Positions 10,182 to 20,233 of a stretch of DNA of 32,000 bases are shown in pieces. Position 1 is the first letter of the stretch. Each line of letters begins with the position of its first letter. The notes below the pieces were generated by a model. The model had not been told where the DNA came from. It saw only the letters and a list, made by a program, of their open reading frames with translations, and did not search any database. Location: positions 540,001 to 572,000 of the forward strand of contig NC_014972.1 of the NCBI RefSeq assembly GCF_000186885.1. The letters are read 5' to 3'. A program made the translations under genes and the position numbers. The stretch comes from Desulfobulbus propionicus DSM 2032. GTDB taxonomy: Bacteria > Desulfobacterota > Desulfobulbia > Desulfobulbales > Desulfobulbaceae.

Positions 10182-11311
10182 AGGCGCAACCTCAACCGAG
10201 CCCTTCGTTCATTGACTGCTTCGGCAAAAATTTCCATTGTTCGGATCGCGGCCTTGTTCCAGGAAAATCGTGCGGCATTCTCCTGGGCCTTGGCCGCTAG
10301 TGCTAGGCGCCGGGTGTCGTTGGTCAACAACTCGACAAGGCCATCGGCGATTGCTTGGGAATCGTGTGGGTTAACAAGTAGGCCTGCATCGCCTGCGACT
10401 TCCGGAAGTGAGGAGCAATCGGAAGTTAAAACAGGTACCCCATAGGACATTGCCTCGACAAGAGGCAGGCCAAATCCCTCGTAAAGGGAAGGCATGACGA
10501 GAAATTTCGCATTGGCATAAAGGGTTGCAAGCTGGGCATCATTAACATAACCGGTCACCAGGACATTTCGCTCCAGGTCATACTGCTGCAAAAGTGAAGA
10601 AATATTAACGCCGCCCCAACCCTTGCCGCCGGCAATGACGAGCAATGTTTCCGCGCGCAAATTTTCCGGAAGAGTAGCGAACGCTGCCAGAAGTCGATCT
10701 AGGTTTTTTCTCGGTTCCAGGGTGCCGACAAATAAAAAATACGGGCGATCAATGTCGAAAGTTTCAAGTGCTGCGAAGGTAGCTGGCCGAGCATGAAAGG
10801 TCCCCCCCAGATGTACGACCCGAACCTTATCCTTTGCATTGGGAAACTCAGCTGTTACCGCCTCTGCGGTGCTGTTCGAGTCAGCCATGATGCGGTCGGC
10901 CAAGCGGATAGCGTCCGGCATCAGACGCCCTTCCAACCATCGACTTAGTGGCCGCATGGTCTCACCGGCACATTTCCACACCAGGTCATGGATGGTGACC
11001 ACACGGGCCATGGAAGCGGGTAGGGCACGAGGTAATCTGTGGGTGGCGCCCCAGAAGACATCAACCTTGTCCTGAGCGGCCCAATAAGGCAATACCGTCT
11101 GAGACCAGAGCATTTTACCGATCCGACTTTCAAAGCGGCTGGAACGCAGAATCACATTGTCATTGTTCCAGTCCGAAGCAAGGGGAGGTTTCGGTGTATA
11201 CAGATAAAAGTTTCCTCCCAATTGCACCAACTCGCGGGTCAGCTCAGTTGTATAGCGGCCTATGCCGGTGACCGGCTCGGAAAGAAGTCGTGCATCGACG
11301 CCGATACGCAT
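10178..11311 (-). CDS. GT4-type glycosyltransferase
   Basis: 377 aa; [67 protein letters not shown]. Confidence 0.93.
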   Translation of the reverse strand: MRIGVDARLLSEPVTGIGRYTTELTRELVQLGGNFYLYTPKPPLASDWNNDNVILRSSRFESRIGKMLWSQTVLPYWAAQDKVDVFWGATHRLPRALPASMARVVTIHDLVWKCAGETMRPLSRWLEGRLMPDAIRLADRIMADSNSTAEAVTAEFPNAKDKVRVVHLGGTFHARPATFAALETFDIDRPYFLFVGTLEPRKNLDRLLAAFATLPENLRAETLLVIAGGKGWGGVNISSLLQQYDLERNVLVTGYVNDAQLATLYANAKFLVMPSLYEGFGLPLVEAMSYGVPVLTSDCSSLPEVAGDAGLLVNPHDSQAIADGLVELLTNDTRRLALAAKAQENAARFSWNKAAIRTMEIFAEAVNERRARLRLRL

Positions 11312-12231
11312 TAAGAAACCGGAGCCTCGTACATCCAGCGCAAAGTCTCCCGTAAAGGAATTGTCCTAATATCGCCTATGGTCCGTCGCAATTTGCCTGC
11401 ATCCCCCTGCAGGCGCTTCACCTCATTGGCGCGCACGAAGGCCGGGTTGACTCGCACCTCAATCTCGTAGCCGGCGATTTCGGCCATCATCGCCAGCACC
11501 TCCTTGAGCGCATACACCTGCCCCGAACAGACATTGAACATCTCGCCGGCGGGCGATTGCTTAAGGAGGGTCGCGTAGACCTGGGCAATGGTACGAACAT
11601 CGGAAAAATCGCGTTCGACACCGATATTGCCGAGTTCTATCACCCGTTCGCCACGCCGAAAATGGTTGACGATCTTGGGCAGCAGAAACTGGGGCGCTTG
11701 CCCAACTCCTGTGTAATTGAACGGCCGAGTGATGATGATCGGCAGCCGCTCCATCCACAAGCGCGCCATGTACTCCATGGCCAATTTGCTGACAGCATAA
11801 TCATTGGCTGGAGCGGGCGCAACCGACTCGTCTATCACCTCAACCGGGGCGTTGCCGTAAATATTGGCGCTGCTGGCGAGCAGGACGGCGTGAGGTTGTA
11901 TTTGTAGACCTGCCAGTGCCTCCAACAAGTTCCTTGTACCCAGGATATTGACCCGGTACATGGCTTCAACATCGCCATGAGCGACAAATGAAATTGCAGC
12001 GAGATGAGCGACAACATGCGGCCGCACATCTGCCACCATCTGGCGCACCTGCTCAAGGTTACACAAATCGACGGCGAACAGTCCGCTTTCGGTCGACAAG
12101 AAGTCGTGATGGCAGGTACCGACGACTTGGTAACCATCGCGGCGCAGTGCCTCGGCCAGGTAGTGCCCGGTAAAACCGGTCATGCCGGTGATCAGGGCAC
12201 AGGGTTTGTCAGAATGAAAATCCGCGTTCAT
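11311..12231 (-). CDS. rmd: NAD(P)-dependent sugar-nucleotide reductase/epimerase, probably GDP-6-deoxy-D-mannose (4-keto) reductase
   Basis: 306 aa SDR: [35 protein letters not shown]; overlaps gmd by 23 bp. The exact product (GDP-D-rhamnose route) is inferred. Confidence 0.75.
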   Translation of the reverse strand: MNADFHSDKPCALITGMTGFTGHYLAEALRRDGYQVVGTCHHDFLSTESGLFAVDLCNLEQVRQMVADVRPHVVAHLAAISFVAHGDVEAMYRVNILGTRNLLEALAGLQIQPHAVLLASSANIYGNAPVEVIDESVAPAPANDYAVSKLAMEYMARLWMERLPIIITRPFNYTGVGQAPQFLLPKIVNHFRRGERVIELGNIGVERDFSDVRTIAQVYATLLKQSPAGEMFNVCSGQVYALKEVLAMMAEIAGYEIEVRVNPAFVRANEVKRLQGDAGKLRRTIGDIRTIPLRETLRWMYEAPVS

Positions 12232-13243
12232 TGCGATTCAGATCCGCCTCGACCATCATGGCGCAGAGCTGCTCCAAGGTTGTTTTGGGTGCCCAGCCTA
12301 ATGCACGTTTGGCCTTGGACGCATCGCCAATGAGCAGTTCCACCTCAGCGGGGCGATAAAAGGCAGGATTAACACGGACGATTACCTTGTTGGTCGCGGT
12401 CGCAACCGCCACCTCATCCTGACCCTCACCCTGCCAAAAGATGTCGATCTCAGCAGCCTTACAGGCCATGCTGACGAAATCGCGCACTGTTTCGGTCCGG
12501 CCCGTGGCAAGAACATAGGTATCCGGTGTATCGGCTTGCAGCATCCGCCACATGCCTTCAACGTACTCCTTGGCATAGCCCCAGTCGCGCTTGGCACTCA
12601 GGTTGCCCAGTTCCAACACGTCGAGCTTCCCCAGCTTGATTTTGGCAATGCTGTCGGTGATTTTGCGGGTGACGAATTCACGACCGCGCAACGGCGATTC
12701 GTGATTGAAGAGAATGCCGCTCGCCCCGAATATACCGTAGGACTCACGATAATTAACCGTGATCCAATGTGCGTAGAGTTTGGCCACACCGTAAGGACTA
12801 CGGGGGTGGAAGGGGGTGGTTTCCCGTTGTGGCACTTCCTGGACCAATCCGAACAACTCAGACGTGGAGGCCTGATAATAACGGATTTTTGGGTCGACAA
12901 TGCGAATGGCCTCAAGGAGATGCAAGGCCCCCAGCCCGGTGATCATGGCTGTGGCGATGGGCTGATCAAACGAGACCCCCACAAAGCTCTGCGCCGCCAG
13001 ATTATAGATTTCATCCGGCCGGACCTGGCCAATGAGACGAATGTTGGCGGACTGATCGGTCAGGTCGTACTCCAACAGATGCATGTTTGGATGATTACTA
13101 ATACCTAACTCATCCATGCGCCAGAAATTAACGGAACTGGACCGTCGGTAGGTGCCATAGACTGTGTACCCTTTTTCCAAAAGGAGTTGGGCCAGATACG
13201 GGCCGTCCTGACCAGTGATGCCGGTGATAAGTGCTATTTTCAT
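12209..13243 (-). CDS. gmd: GDP-mannose 4,6-dehydratase
   Basis: 344 aa; [42 protein letters not shown]; [25 protein letters not shown]-type catalytic region. Confidence 0.95.
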   Translation of the reverse strand: MKIALITGITGQDGPYLAQLLLEKGYTVYGTYRRSSSVNFWRMDELGISNHPNMHLLEYDLTDQSANIRLIGQVRPDEIYNLAAQSFVGVSFDQPIATAMITGLGALHLLEAIRIVDPKIRYYQASTSELFGLVQEVPQRETTPFHPRSPYGVAKLYAHWITVNYRESYGIFGASGILFNHESPLRGREFVTRKITDSIAKIKLGKLDVLELGNLSAKRDWGYAKEYVEGMWRMLQADTPDTYVLATGRTETVRDFVSMACKAAEIDIFWQGEGQDEVAVATATNKVIVRVNPAFYRPAEVELLIGDASKAKRALGWAPKTTLEQLCAMMVEADLNRNERGFSF

Positions 13244-13266
13244 GTTTAAATTATTTAATTATACGG

Positions 13267-14760
13267 TTAGTCATTGATTAGATTTGATGAATATTTTCTA
13301 TAATAATGTTCGTAAATTATCCTGTCAAATACTGTTAATTTCTTTAATAATTCTTCTGCTTCTTCAGAAACAGGTTGTTTTTCGACAAATTCCATATTGG
13401 GTTGTTCGGCGAACTTAGTAGAATCCCTAGATCGAGGAATCATCGCTGGCACGGGTAAATCTAACTTGTTTAATACATGGGTAATTCCGTAATCTGGATT
13501 TTCCAGAACACCTACCACCACCATGGCTTCAAGGTTCCTGAGCGCTCGTTGAACAACCTCGTCAGACGGATAAAGAAAGCCTCGATCTGGGCCAATATAA
13601 ACAGGGCCAATAAGATTCCTAACGAGTGCATTATCAATGTTTCCTACAATTCCAGGATCCTCAGAGGCAAGAAAATCAACAAGATCAAGCGTCTTTGCTA
13701 ATCTTGGCCCCCCTAGATTTTTTTCTTCGATCACTTTCCAGGTATGAGAGCGCCAGAAATGATAGAGCGAAAGTATTCTTGCTTTTGGTTCACGTAGGAT
13801 TGTGAAAATTTTCTTTTTTCCGGGTATGTTGCTGACGCTTTCCCAGTCATAATGTCCTGAGAAAAAGAAGTATTGATTCAGATAATTATGATCGAAAAAT
13901 TTTAGAGTATTATAGCGCTCCGGACAAATCAATTCAGGGTGAACCAAGTTTGTCAAAATATCATGTAAACTTGTACCACCTGTTTTGGGAATATGCATGA
14001 AGACAAGTTTTTCGGGCAAATGCGAGCTGTCAGGATGTTCTGAAACAGTACCTTCTGGGGTTACTATTAGTCCAGGTTTATTAAAGTAATTAAAAAGTTT
14101 TTTATCTTCATCATTAAGGCTATTGATTTTATCAATGAGAGATTCGTCATTGAAAAGTTCGTCTATCTTGTCAGATTGATTGTAGTTTCTAATTAAAGAA
14201 AAATTATACAAGAAATTTCCATCGATATCGCTAAAAAGACGATTGAACAACGTTTGAACATTATCCTCAGATGCAACATAAAAGTTATTATTGTTTATAT
14301 TGTCTAGAGCGGTTTGAAAATTTCCTTTGTGTTGTAAATCGATAGAGAGGCCAGATAAAAATTTTACCTGCAAATTATTGATTTGAGAGCGAAAAATAGG
14401 ATTATTCTCAATAAGAGATTGCATCGATTGTTTCTTCGCATCTATATGTAAATGATGAGAATTGGTATTTTGTATATATCTATATAAATTTATTGCACGA
14501 ATAATAGGGTCGGTGATAATAGATACATAAATTTTCCCCTTTTTTATTCCTGTGGTCAAGGAGTAGGAAAAATGCCCACCAATAACATTAGCGTATTGAA
14601 ACTTTTGATCGTCCCATTTTATGAGATCATCCCGTGTGAAATCTTCTCCAAGCCATAAAACGCTTCCTGTGCAATTTCCTCTAAAATAATTTTTCGCTGA
14701 AGCGCCTAACACCATTGGGATGTGCAAAAAAACTATGAGGTCGTGGTCAGTCATGTTCAT
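13267..14760 (-). CDS. Sulfotransferase-family protein with two sulfotransferase-like halves
   Basis: 497 aa; C-terminal half has VFMHIPKTGGTSLHDIL (PAPS P-loop) and IFTILREPKARILSLYHFW; N-terminal half has the related but degenerate VFLHIPMVLGASAKNYF and VSIITDPIIRAINLYRYI. Confidence 0.8.
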   Translation of the reverse strand: MNMTDHDLIVFLHIPMVLGASAKNYFRGNCTGSVLWLGEDFTRDDLIKWDDQKFQYANVIGGHFSYSLTTGIKKGKIYVSIITDPIIRAINLYRYIQNTNSHHLHIDAKKQSMQSLIENNPIFRSQINNLQVKFLSGLSIDLQHKGNFQTALDNINNNNFYVASEDNVQTLFNRLFSDIDGNFLYNFSLIRNYNQSDKIDELFNDESLIDKINSLNDEDKKLFNYFNKPGLIVTPEGTVSEHPDSSHLPEKLVFMHIPKTGGTSLHDILTNLVHPELICPERYNTLKFFDHNYLNQYFFFSGHYDWESVSNIPGKKKIFTILREPKARILSLYHFWRSHTWKVIEEKNLGGPRLAKTLDLVDFLASEDPGIVGNIDNALVRNLIGPVYIGPDRGFLYPSDEVVQRALRNLEAMVVVGVLENPDYGITHVLNKLDLPVPAMIPRSRDSTKFAEQPNMEFVEKQPVSEEAEELLKKLTVFDRIIYEHYYRKYSSNLIND

Positions 14761-14816
14761 AACAATTTAATCGATCCTATCTGATTTGATAATTTTGTTG
14801 AAGAGTATTAACTAAT

Positions 14817-15139
14817 GGGAATCTTGAAACTTAGCTCGGCAAGGCCCGGCTGCACTCACCGACAATTTTTTTCACAAAGACCATGCTCTTCTGGCATTTG
14901 AGCCGATCGGCTTGCGCAACCTGGTGTACAACATTGACCGAATGGGGATGCTTCTGGCTGCAAGCAGGTGAAGTGTGCCCGGAGTGCGGCAAACTGGCAA
15001 AAGACCGCCATCGAGCACAGAGCGAGGCACCGCCAAGGTGCAAAACCGATCGGATTAAAAGCCAGAAGAGCATGGTCTTTGTGAATAAAATTGCCGGTGA
15101 ATGGTGCCGGGGCTTGCTAAACTAAATTTCAAGATTCCC
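14817..15139. mobile_element. 323-bp MITE-like, internally deleted derivative of the IS5-type element at 18443-19759
   Basis: Starts GGGAATCTTGAAACTTAG and ends CTAAATTTCAAGATTCCC; about 100-bp imperfect inverted repeats; 14905-15139 matches 19525-19759 with no indels and about 4 mismatches by eye. Confidence 0.85.
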
Positions 15140-15777
15140 TTAACTTGTTGAAGTGATTGCATGATGGCGTTCACGTTGTTTTCAGTGGCCATGAACCGTA
15201 CTCACCCTTGGGCGCCCAGGTAGTGCCAGAATGATAATCGGAGCGGACCGACGCCTCGTTCATCAAAGAAGATGTCGGCGCCTGCCTCAAGGGCCATTTT
15301 CTTGATCCTGGGGAAGTCTTTGGCCATCCAGTCGACAACAAGAGGTTGATTTTGCTGAAACGCTCTCCGGACTGGACGTTGAGGACTCAGACCAAGCCTG
15401 TGCAGCAAGCGTCCTACCGAGACATCGCTCAAGCGAACAGCAAACTCGTGCCGGATCAATTCCCGCACCACGCTTCTGGTCCAAAGCGCAAAGGGAAATT
15501 TCAACTGCCGTGGGTTTCTGCCGACAACCAAACTGTAAATCTTGTGCAATGCTGTGCCGGGAAGCTTGGGCGGACGGCCGCTGGCCTTGCTGCTCCGCAG
15601 CGCTTCGATTCCTCTTTCCCTGTACTTTGCGATCCATTCATAAATACGAGAACGGGTCAACCCAAGCGCCTTAATGACAGCTTCGGGACTTTCCCCTGCT
15701 TCAACTCGCTTCACGGCACGTATGCGAATTGCTTCAAGTGCCTTGCGATTTATTTTACGCCCATCGAATTCGTTCAT
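15140..15777 (-). pseudogene. IS630-type transposase remnant (5' part, frameshifted and truncated)
   Basis: 191-aa ORF at 15202-15777 with N-terminal HTH/winged helix (AVIKALGLTRSRIYEWIAKYRERGIEALRSSKASGRPPKL). Near the end the frame changes: ADIFFDERGVGPL... versus EASVRSDYHSGTTWAPKGE in another frame. No catalytic C-terminal part follows before the MITE-like element. Confidence 0.75.
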
Positions 15778-15829
15778 GGGCTGAGTACACCAGATGTTCG
15801 CTAATTTATGAACTGATCAACAAGATGCG

Positions 15830-17302
15830 TCACTGCCGAGAAATCGAAAAGTTATTGCAAAATACGCCTAATTCTCTTGAATCGTTCCCTGTTCCTAGGG
15901 AAACAGGAGAGCTAGGGAAGTTGGTTTGCACCAAAACTTGATTTTCTCTTTGTTTTAGTATAGATTGAGGAATTTTAATGTTTATGTTTAACGGTAAAGA
16001 AACATTTTTAAGATCAATATCATGGAAAATATTGTTATTGACAAATATTTTTACTCGATTTGCCGTTTTTGATTTTCTTAAAATTTGGAAAGACAATAAA
16101 TGTTCAATAGAGCCATCATTTAAAAAGTGAATAGTTGAATTTGCTTTTGACCATCGCCCATTTAAAGATTTTTCATGACCATACCATTCCGAAAAACTAA
16201 CATCATCAATACATGAAATTATTGATGATATATCTTTTACAATACGGTTATTCACTAATGCTGGATAGGTATATGTTAAAATTACCAAATCTGTTTTTTT
16301 GAGTATAGAAAACAACTCGTCACGAGATGGCAACCAATTACCGCGGCCGATAAGTTTTGTGTCCGTAGAAAAACCTGAACGAAGAATATTCGGTCTTAAT
16401 TGATCGGAAAAGCTATCCCCAAGAATAAGTGCGTTGATCGATTTCTGAAATTCGGTAGGTTTAAAATCGGCAATATTCCATGATGTTCTCCCTTTGTTAT
16501 ATCGAGGGTAAATATTTAAAAGGGATGCAATATCTCTCTCGGCATAATTAGATTGCATTGTTTTTTTTACATTACAAATAGTCACTATTGGAAATTTTTC
16601 CTTGTTTTTTGCGTTTAAAATTTCTGTCGCTTTGGTTAAAATTATAGCAGAACAATGCATTGTCCAATGAATTCCACTATCCGGGAAGGCGTCTTTCGTT
16701 AAATTCAGTTGTTGAATTTCTTTTAATGAATTTATATAGTGTATATTTTCTTTATGAAGTAATTTTTCTATTTTTGGATAGATAGATGTTGATGGTTGTA
16801 AATGATTTTGCCTGTATTTCCACAGTATAGGTATAGCATCCTCACGGCAATCTGCCTTGCTTGGGGCCATGATGAAAAAGAATTCTATGCCCATTTCATT
16901 TAATTTATTACGAAATTTAGAAAGTGATGTCACGATGTCTTTAGCTATTAAATGATGATCGACATCATCCATTTTTGAGAATTTTGATAAAATGTACCCT
17001 TTCTCAAAAAGTACCCCTTTTCTTCCTTGTAAAATGTTTCCTGAGTGACCAGAATGGAATTGTCCAAAATTTAATAATTCATATATTGTATTTTTTGCGA
17101 TAAGAAAAGTGTTCCGTGAGCCAAAATTACTTGTATACCACTTTTCAATATTTTTTTGATACGTTGTTTTGAAAAAAAAATCGAATGTAAAACTTGGAAA
17201 AATATGTTTTGTTTCTACTCCTGTAATTTCAGGTTGAGGTAATTTAAACCATGGAATTATTAAGGTTGCAACTATAGCACATATAAAAATTTTTTTTTTC
17301 AT
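15830..17302 (-). CDS. AlgJ/AlgX-like SGNH-hydrolase-type polysaccharide O-acetylation protein
   Basis: 490 aa with N-terminal membrane/signal segment; SRNTFLIAKNTIYELLNF, GRKGVLFEKGYI, FFFIMAPSKADCREDAIP, DAFPDSGIHWTMHCSAI, LILGDSFSDQL; adjacent to the MBOAT gene. Confidence 0.8.
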   Translation of the reverse strand: MKKKIFICAIVATLIIPWFKLPQPEITGVETKHIFPSFTFDFFFKTTYQKNIEKWYTSNFGSRNTFLIAKNTIYELLNFGQFHSGHSGNILQGRKGVLFEKGYILSKFSKMDDVDHHLIAKDIVTSLSKFRNKLNEMGIEFFFIMAPSKADCREDAIPILWKYRQNHLQPSTSIYPKIEKLLHKENIHYINSLKEIQQLNLTKDAFPDSGIHWTMHCSAIILTKATEILNAKNKEKFPIVTICNVKKTMQSNYAERDIASLLNIYPRYNKGRTSWNIADFKPTEFQKSINALILGDSFSDQLRPNILRSGFSTDTKLIGRGNWLPSRDELFSILKKTDLVILTYTYPALVNNRIVKDISSIISCIDDVSFSEWYGHEKSLNGRWSKANSTIHFLNDGSIEHLLSFQILRKSKTANRVKIFVNNNIFHDIDLKNVSLPLNINIKIPQSILKQRENQVLVQTNFPSSPVSLGTGNDSRELGVFCNNFSISRQ

Positions 17303-18442
17303 TTCAAAACCTAAAGTATATAAAAGGGCTAAAAGAATTTGTCATTGCAAATAGAAAAGATGCGATAAATACTAAAAATATAGTTAATATTCCTGTATTT
17401 TTTTTCATGAGGCAGTTGTGTGAGAATCTTTGAATAGGGTAAGCAAAAATGCATCCTGTAACTAGTAGCAACATGTTGCTAAATGTCAGGCAGTCTGTCC
17501 ATAGTGGCATGAAGGAATAAATATCGTAAGATTGATTGCCTAAAAACATGTTTTTGAGATAGATCATAGCGTACGGTAAATCTGGAGAGCGAAAGAAAAC
17601 CCACCCAATGATGACAAAAATCAATACATAGCCGTTTGCAATAGGCTTTGGGCATTTTTGCAAGAAATGGATAAAGGTTGTTTTTTCAATGATCAATCCT
17701 AACCCGTGCCAAAGTCCCCATGCGACAAAATTCCATGAAGCCCCATGCCAAAGTCCACAAAGAAAAAAAACGATTAATTGGTTTACATAAGTACGCGTTC
17801 TAGAAATCTTATTTCCTCCGAGAGGAATGTATAGATAATCTTTTAGCCATGAAGATAATGAAATGTGCCATCTTTGCCAAAAATCACTGATTGAGCAAGA
17901 ACCATAAGGAAATTTAAAATTCTCCAAAAAGTGAAAATTAAATATAAGCCCTAATCCAATGGCCATATCAGAATAGGCAGAAAAATCGTAGTATATTTGT
18001 AATGCATACGCAACACTTCCCATCCATGCTGCCGCTGTTGGAATTTGTTCAGGTTGTGATATAAAAATTTTATCTGCTATTGCTCCCATTGTATCAGCTA
18101 TTAAAATTTTTTTTGCAAGTCCAATGCAAAAACGAACAATTCCTTCATAAACATTAGCGAGTATGAGATTGCGATTATTTAGTTGTTGAAAAATATCACT
18201 GTATCGAACAATTGGTCCAGCAATAAGTTGTGGAAACAGAGATATATAAAGAACAAATTTTTTTAAATTGTACTGAGGATTTACCGTTTCGCGGTATACA
18301 TCGATTGTATATGACATGGCCTGGAAACAGTAAAATGAAATACCAATAGGAAGAGCTATGTTGGCGAGTGGAATATTTGTAAAATAAAAGATACTTAAAA
18401 TATTATTTATGTTTGTTATGGCGAAGTCTAAATATTTATAAA

Positions 18443-19759
18443 GGGTTTCTTGAAAATTAAATGCAGTAGCCTGCGACAAGTTTAACTATCAAATTGTTGA
18501 TTTTGTGTAAATATGTTACATTCTTCATCGTTTTAAGGCCGCATCCGCCAACCATCACCCGATGGAGATCAGCCATGATCCAGCCCGGCTTTTTTGATTT
18601 GCAGGACCGATTGCACAAAATCGACAAGAACGGCGACCCACTTGCCAAGATCAACGAGACGGTCAACTGGGAGATGTTTCGTCCTGCGCTCGAAAAGGCC
18701 AGGGACAAGGGCCGGCAGTCTACGGTCGGGCCGAAGGGGTACGACGTCATCCTGCTGTTTAAGATTCTCATCCTGCAGTCGTTGTACAATCTGTCGGATG
18801 ACGCGACCGAGTTTCAGATTCTCGACCGGCACTCCTTTGGGCGCTTTCTTGGTCTGCACATCAGCCAGAAGGTTCCCGATGCCACCACCATCTGGCGTTT
18901 TCGGGAAGACCTCGTCAAGGCCGGCATTGTAGAGGAACTGTTTGCGACCTTCGATGCGCATCTCCGGGACAACGGCTTCATGGCGATGAAAGGGCAGATC
19001 GTGGATGCCAGCATTGTCAGCGTGCCCAAACAGCGGAACAGCCGGGAGGAAAATGCCCGGATCAAAGAGGGCGACATCCCGGAGAACTGGTCCGAGAACA
19101 AGCGGCGTAGAAAAGACGCGGACGCGCGCTGGACCAAGAAGAACGGCAAGTCTTATTACGGCTACAAGAACCACATCTCGGTGGATGTGAAGCACAAGTT
19201 GATTCGCAGCTATGCCGTGACCGATGCGGCCCTGCACGACAGCAACGTGTTCGAGCAACTCCTTGCCGACAATACGAGCAAGGACGTCTGGGCGGATTCG
19301 GCCTATCGATCCGCGGATCGATTGGAGCGCCTCGGCCAGGATGGTTTTCGTGAACACATCCAACGCAAGGGGAGCCGCAATCGTCCCTTGACGCCCAGAG
19401 AACAGGAGGGCAACCGAACCAGATCCAAGGTCCGTTCGCGAATCGAGCATGTCTTTGGTGTACAGGCGCAGCGAGCGGGGAATGTACTGTTGCGCACGAT
19501 CGGCATAGCCCGAGCCCGAGCAAAGATCGGCTTGCGCAACTTGGTGTATAACATTGACCGAATGGGGATGCTTCTGGCTGCAAGCAGGTGAAGTGTGCCC
19601 GGAGTGCGGCAAACTGGCAAAAGACCGCCATCGAGCACAGAGCGAGGCACCGCCAAGGTGCAAAACCGATCGGATTAAAAGCCAGAAGAGCATGGTCTTT
19701 GTGAATAAAATTGTCGGTGAATGGTGCCGGGGCTTGCTAAGCTAAATTTCAAGATTCCC
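18443..19759 (+). mobile_element. Complete-looking 1317-bp IS5-family insertion sequence
   Basis: Terminal inverted repeats GGGTTTCTTGAAAATTA / GGGAATCTTGAAATTTA (14 of 17 match); flanking TAAA direct repeats at 18439-18442 and 19760-19763; encodes an intact transposase. Confidence 0.93.
18576..19591 (+). CDS. IS5-family transposase
   Basis: MIQPGFFDLQDRLHKIDKNGDPLAKI... KSYYGYKNHISVDVKHKLIRSYAVTDAALHDSNV, WADSAYRS, RSRIEHVFGVQ; DDE-type. The ORF track opens at 18494, but ATG 18576 is the more likely start. Confidence 0.92.
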
Positions 19760-20233
19760 TAAATAAATAATGTCACCAGATTTATAGATATAACAAGTGC
19801 TAAGATTATTTTTGAGTAATTGTATTTTTTTATTTTTCCATTAATATTCCTTTTGTTAAAATTAAAAATAATTATAGATCCATAATAGTTAATAAAAATC
19901 AAAAAGAGCATTGCGAATAACGCTTTTGGCTCGCCCCAAGAATAAAAAAAAATACTTCCAGTGAGTAAAAGACTATTCCTGTGTCGATTATCTATAACAA
20001 AATAAGTTAAAAGTAAAAGTGGAAGAAATAATGAGAGAAATAGGGGCGAAGAGAAAGTCATTATGATGATTGTTTAGATGGATTTAATTTTGATGCATAA
20101 GGTTGACTGACACCTGAATCCGTGACGCCCTCGACCGGACCTCCTCGTTTGGGTCAGGCAGGGGCGATTGTCAGCCTTGCGGGCTGACACTGTGCTTGTC
20201 CACCGAACGCTACGGTTAATCTGGCGACTTTTT

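Larger units (their letters stand above)
17304..20061 (-). pseudogene. AlgI-like MBOAT O-acetyltransferase gene interrupted by an IS5-type element
   Basis: N-terminal piece ends at 19764 (MTFSSPLFLSLFLPLLLL...ISINLVTLFI) and C-terminal piece starts at 18442 (YKYLDFAITN...SDFWQRWHISLSSWLKDYLYIPLGG...CGLWHGASWNF). Removing 18443-19763 gives 1437 nt = 479 codons in frame. Confidence 0.93.

Noticed and set aside
17304-18479. 391-aa ORF as a complete acyltransferase gene
   Set aside because: Its first residues (MSQATAFNFQET) are IS end sequence. The true N-terminus lies at 19764-20061, so the ORF is a fragment, although it keeps the WHxS and WHG motifs.
18569-19693. 374-aa minus-strand ORF opposite the IS5 transposase, and the related 80-aa ORF at 14831-15073
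   Set aside because: Antisense of the transposase and IS end; repeated only because the element is repeated.
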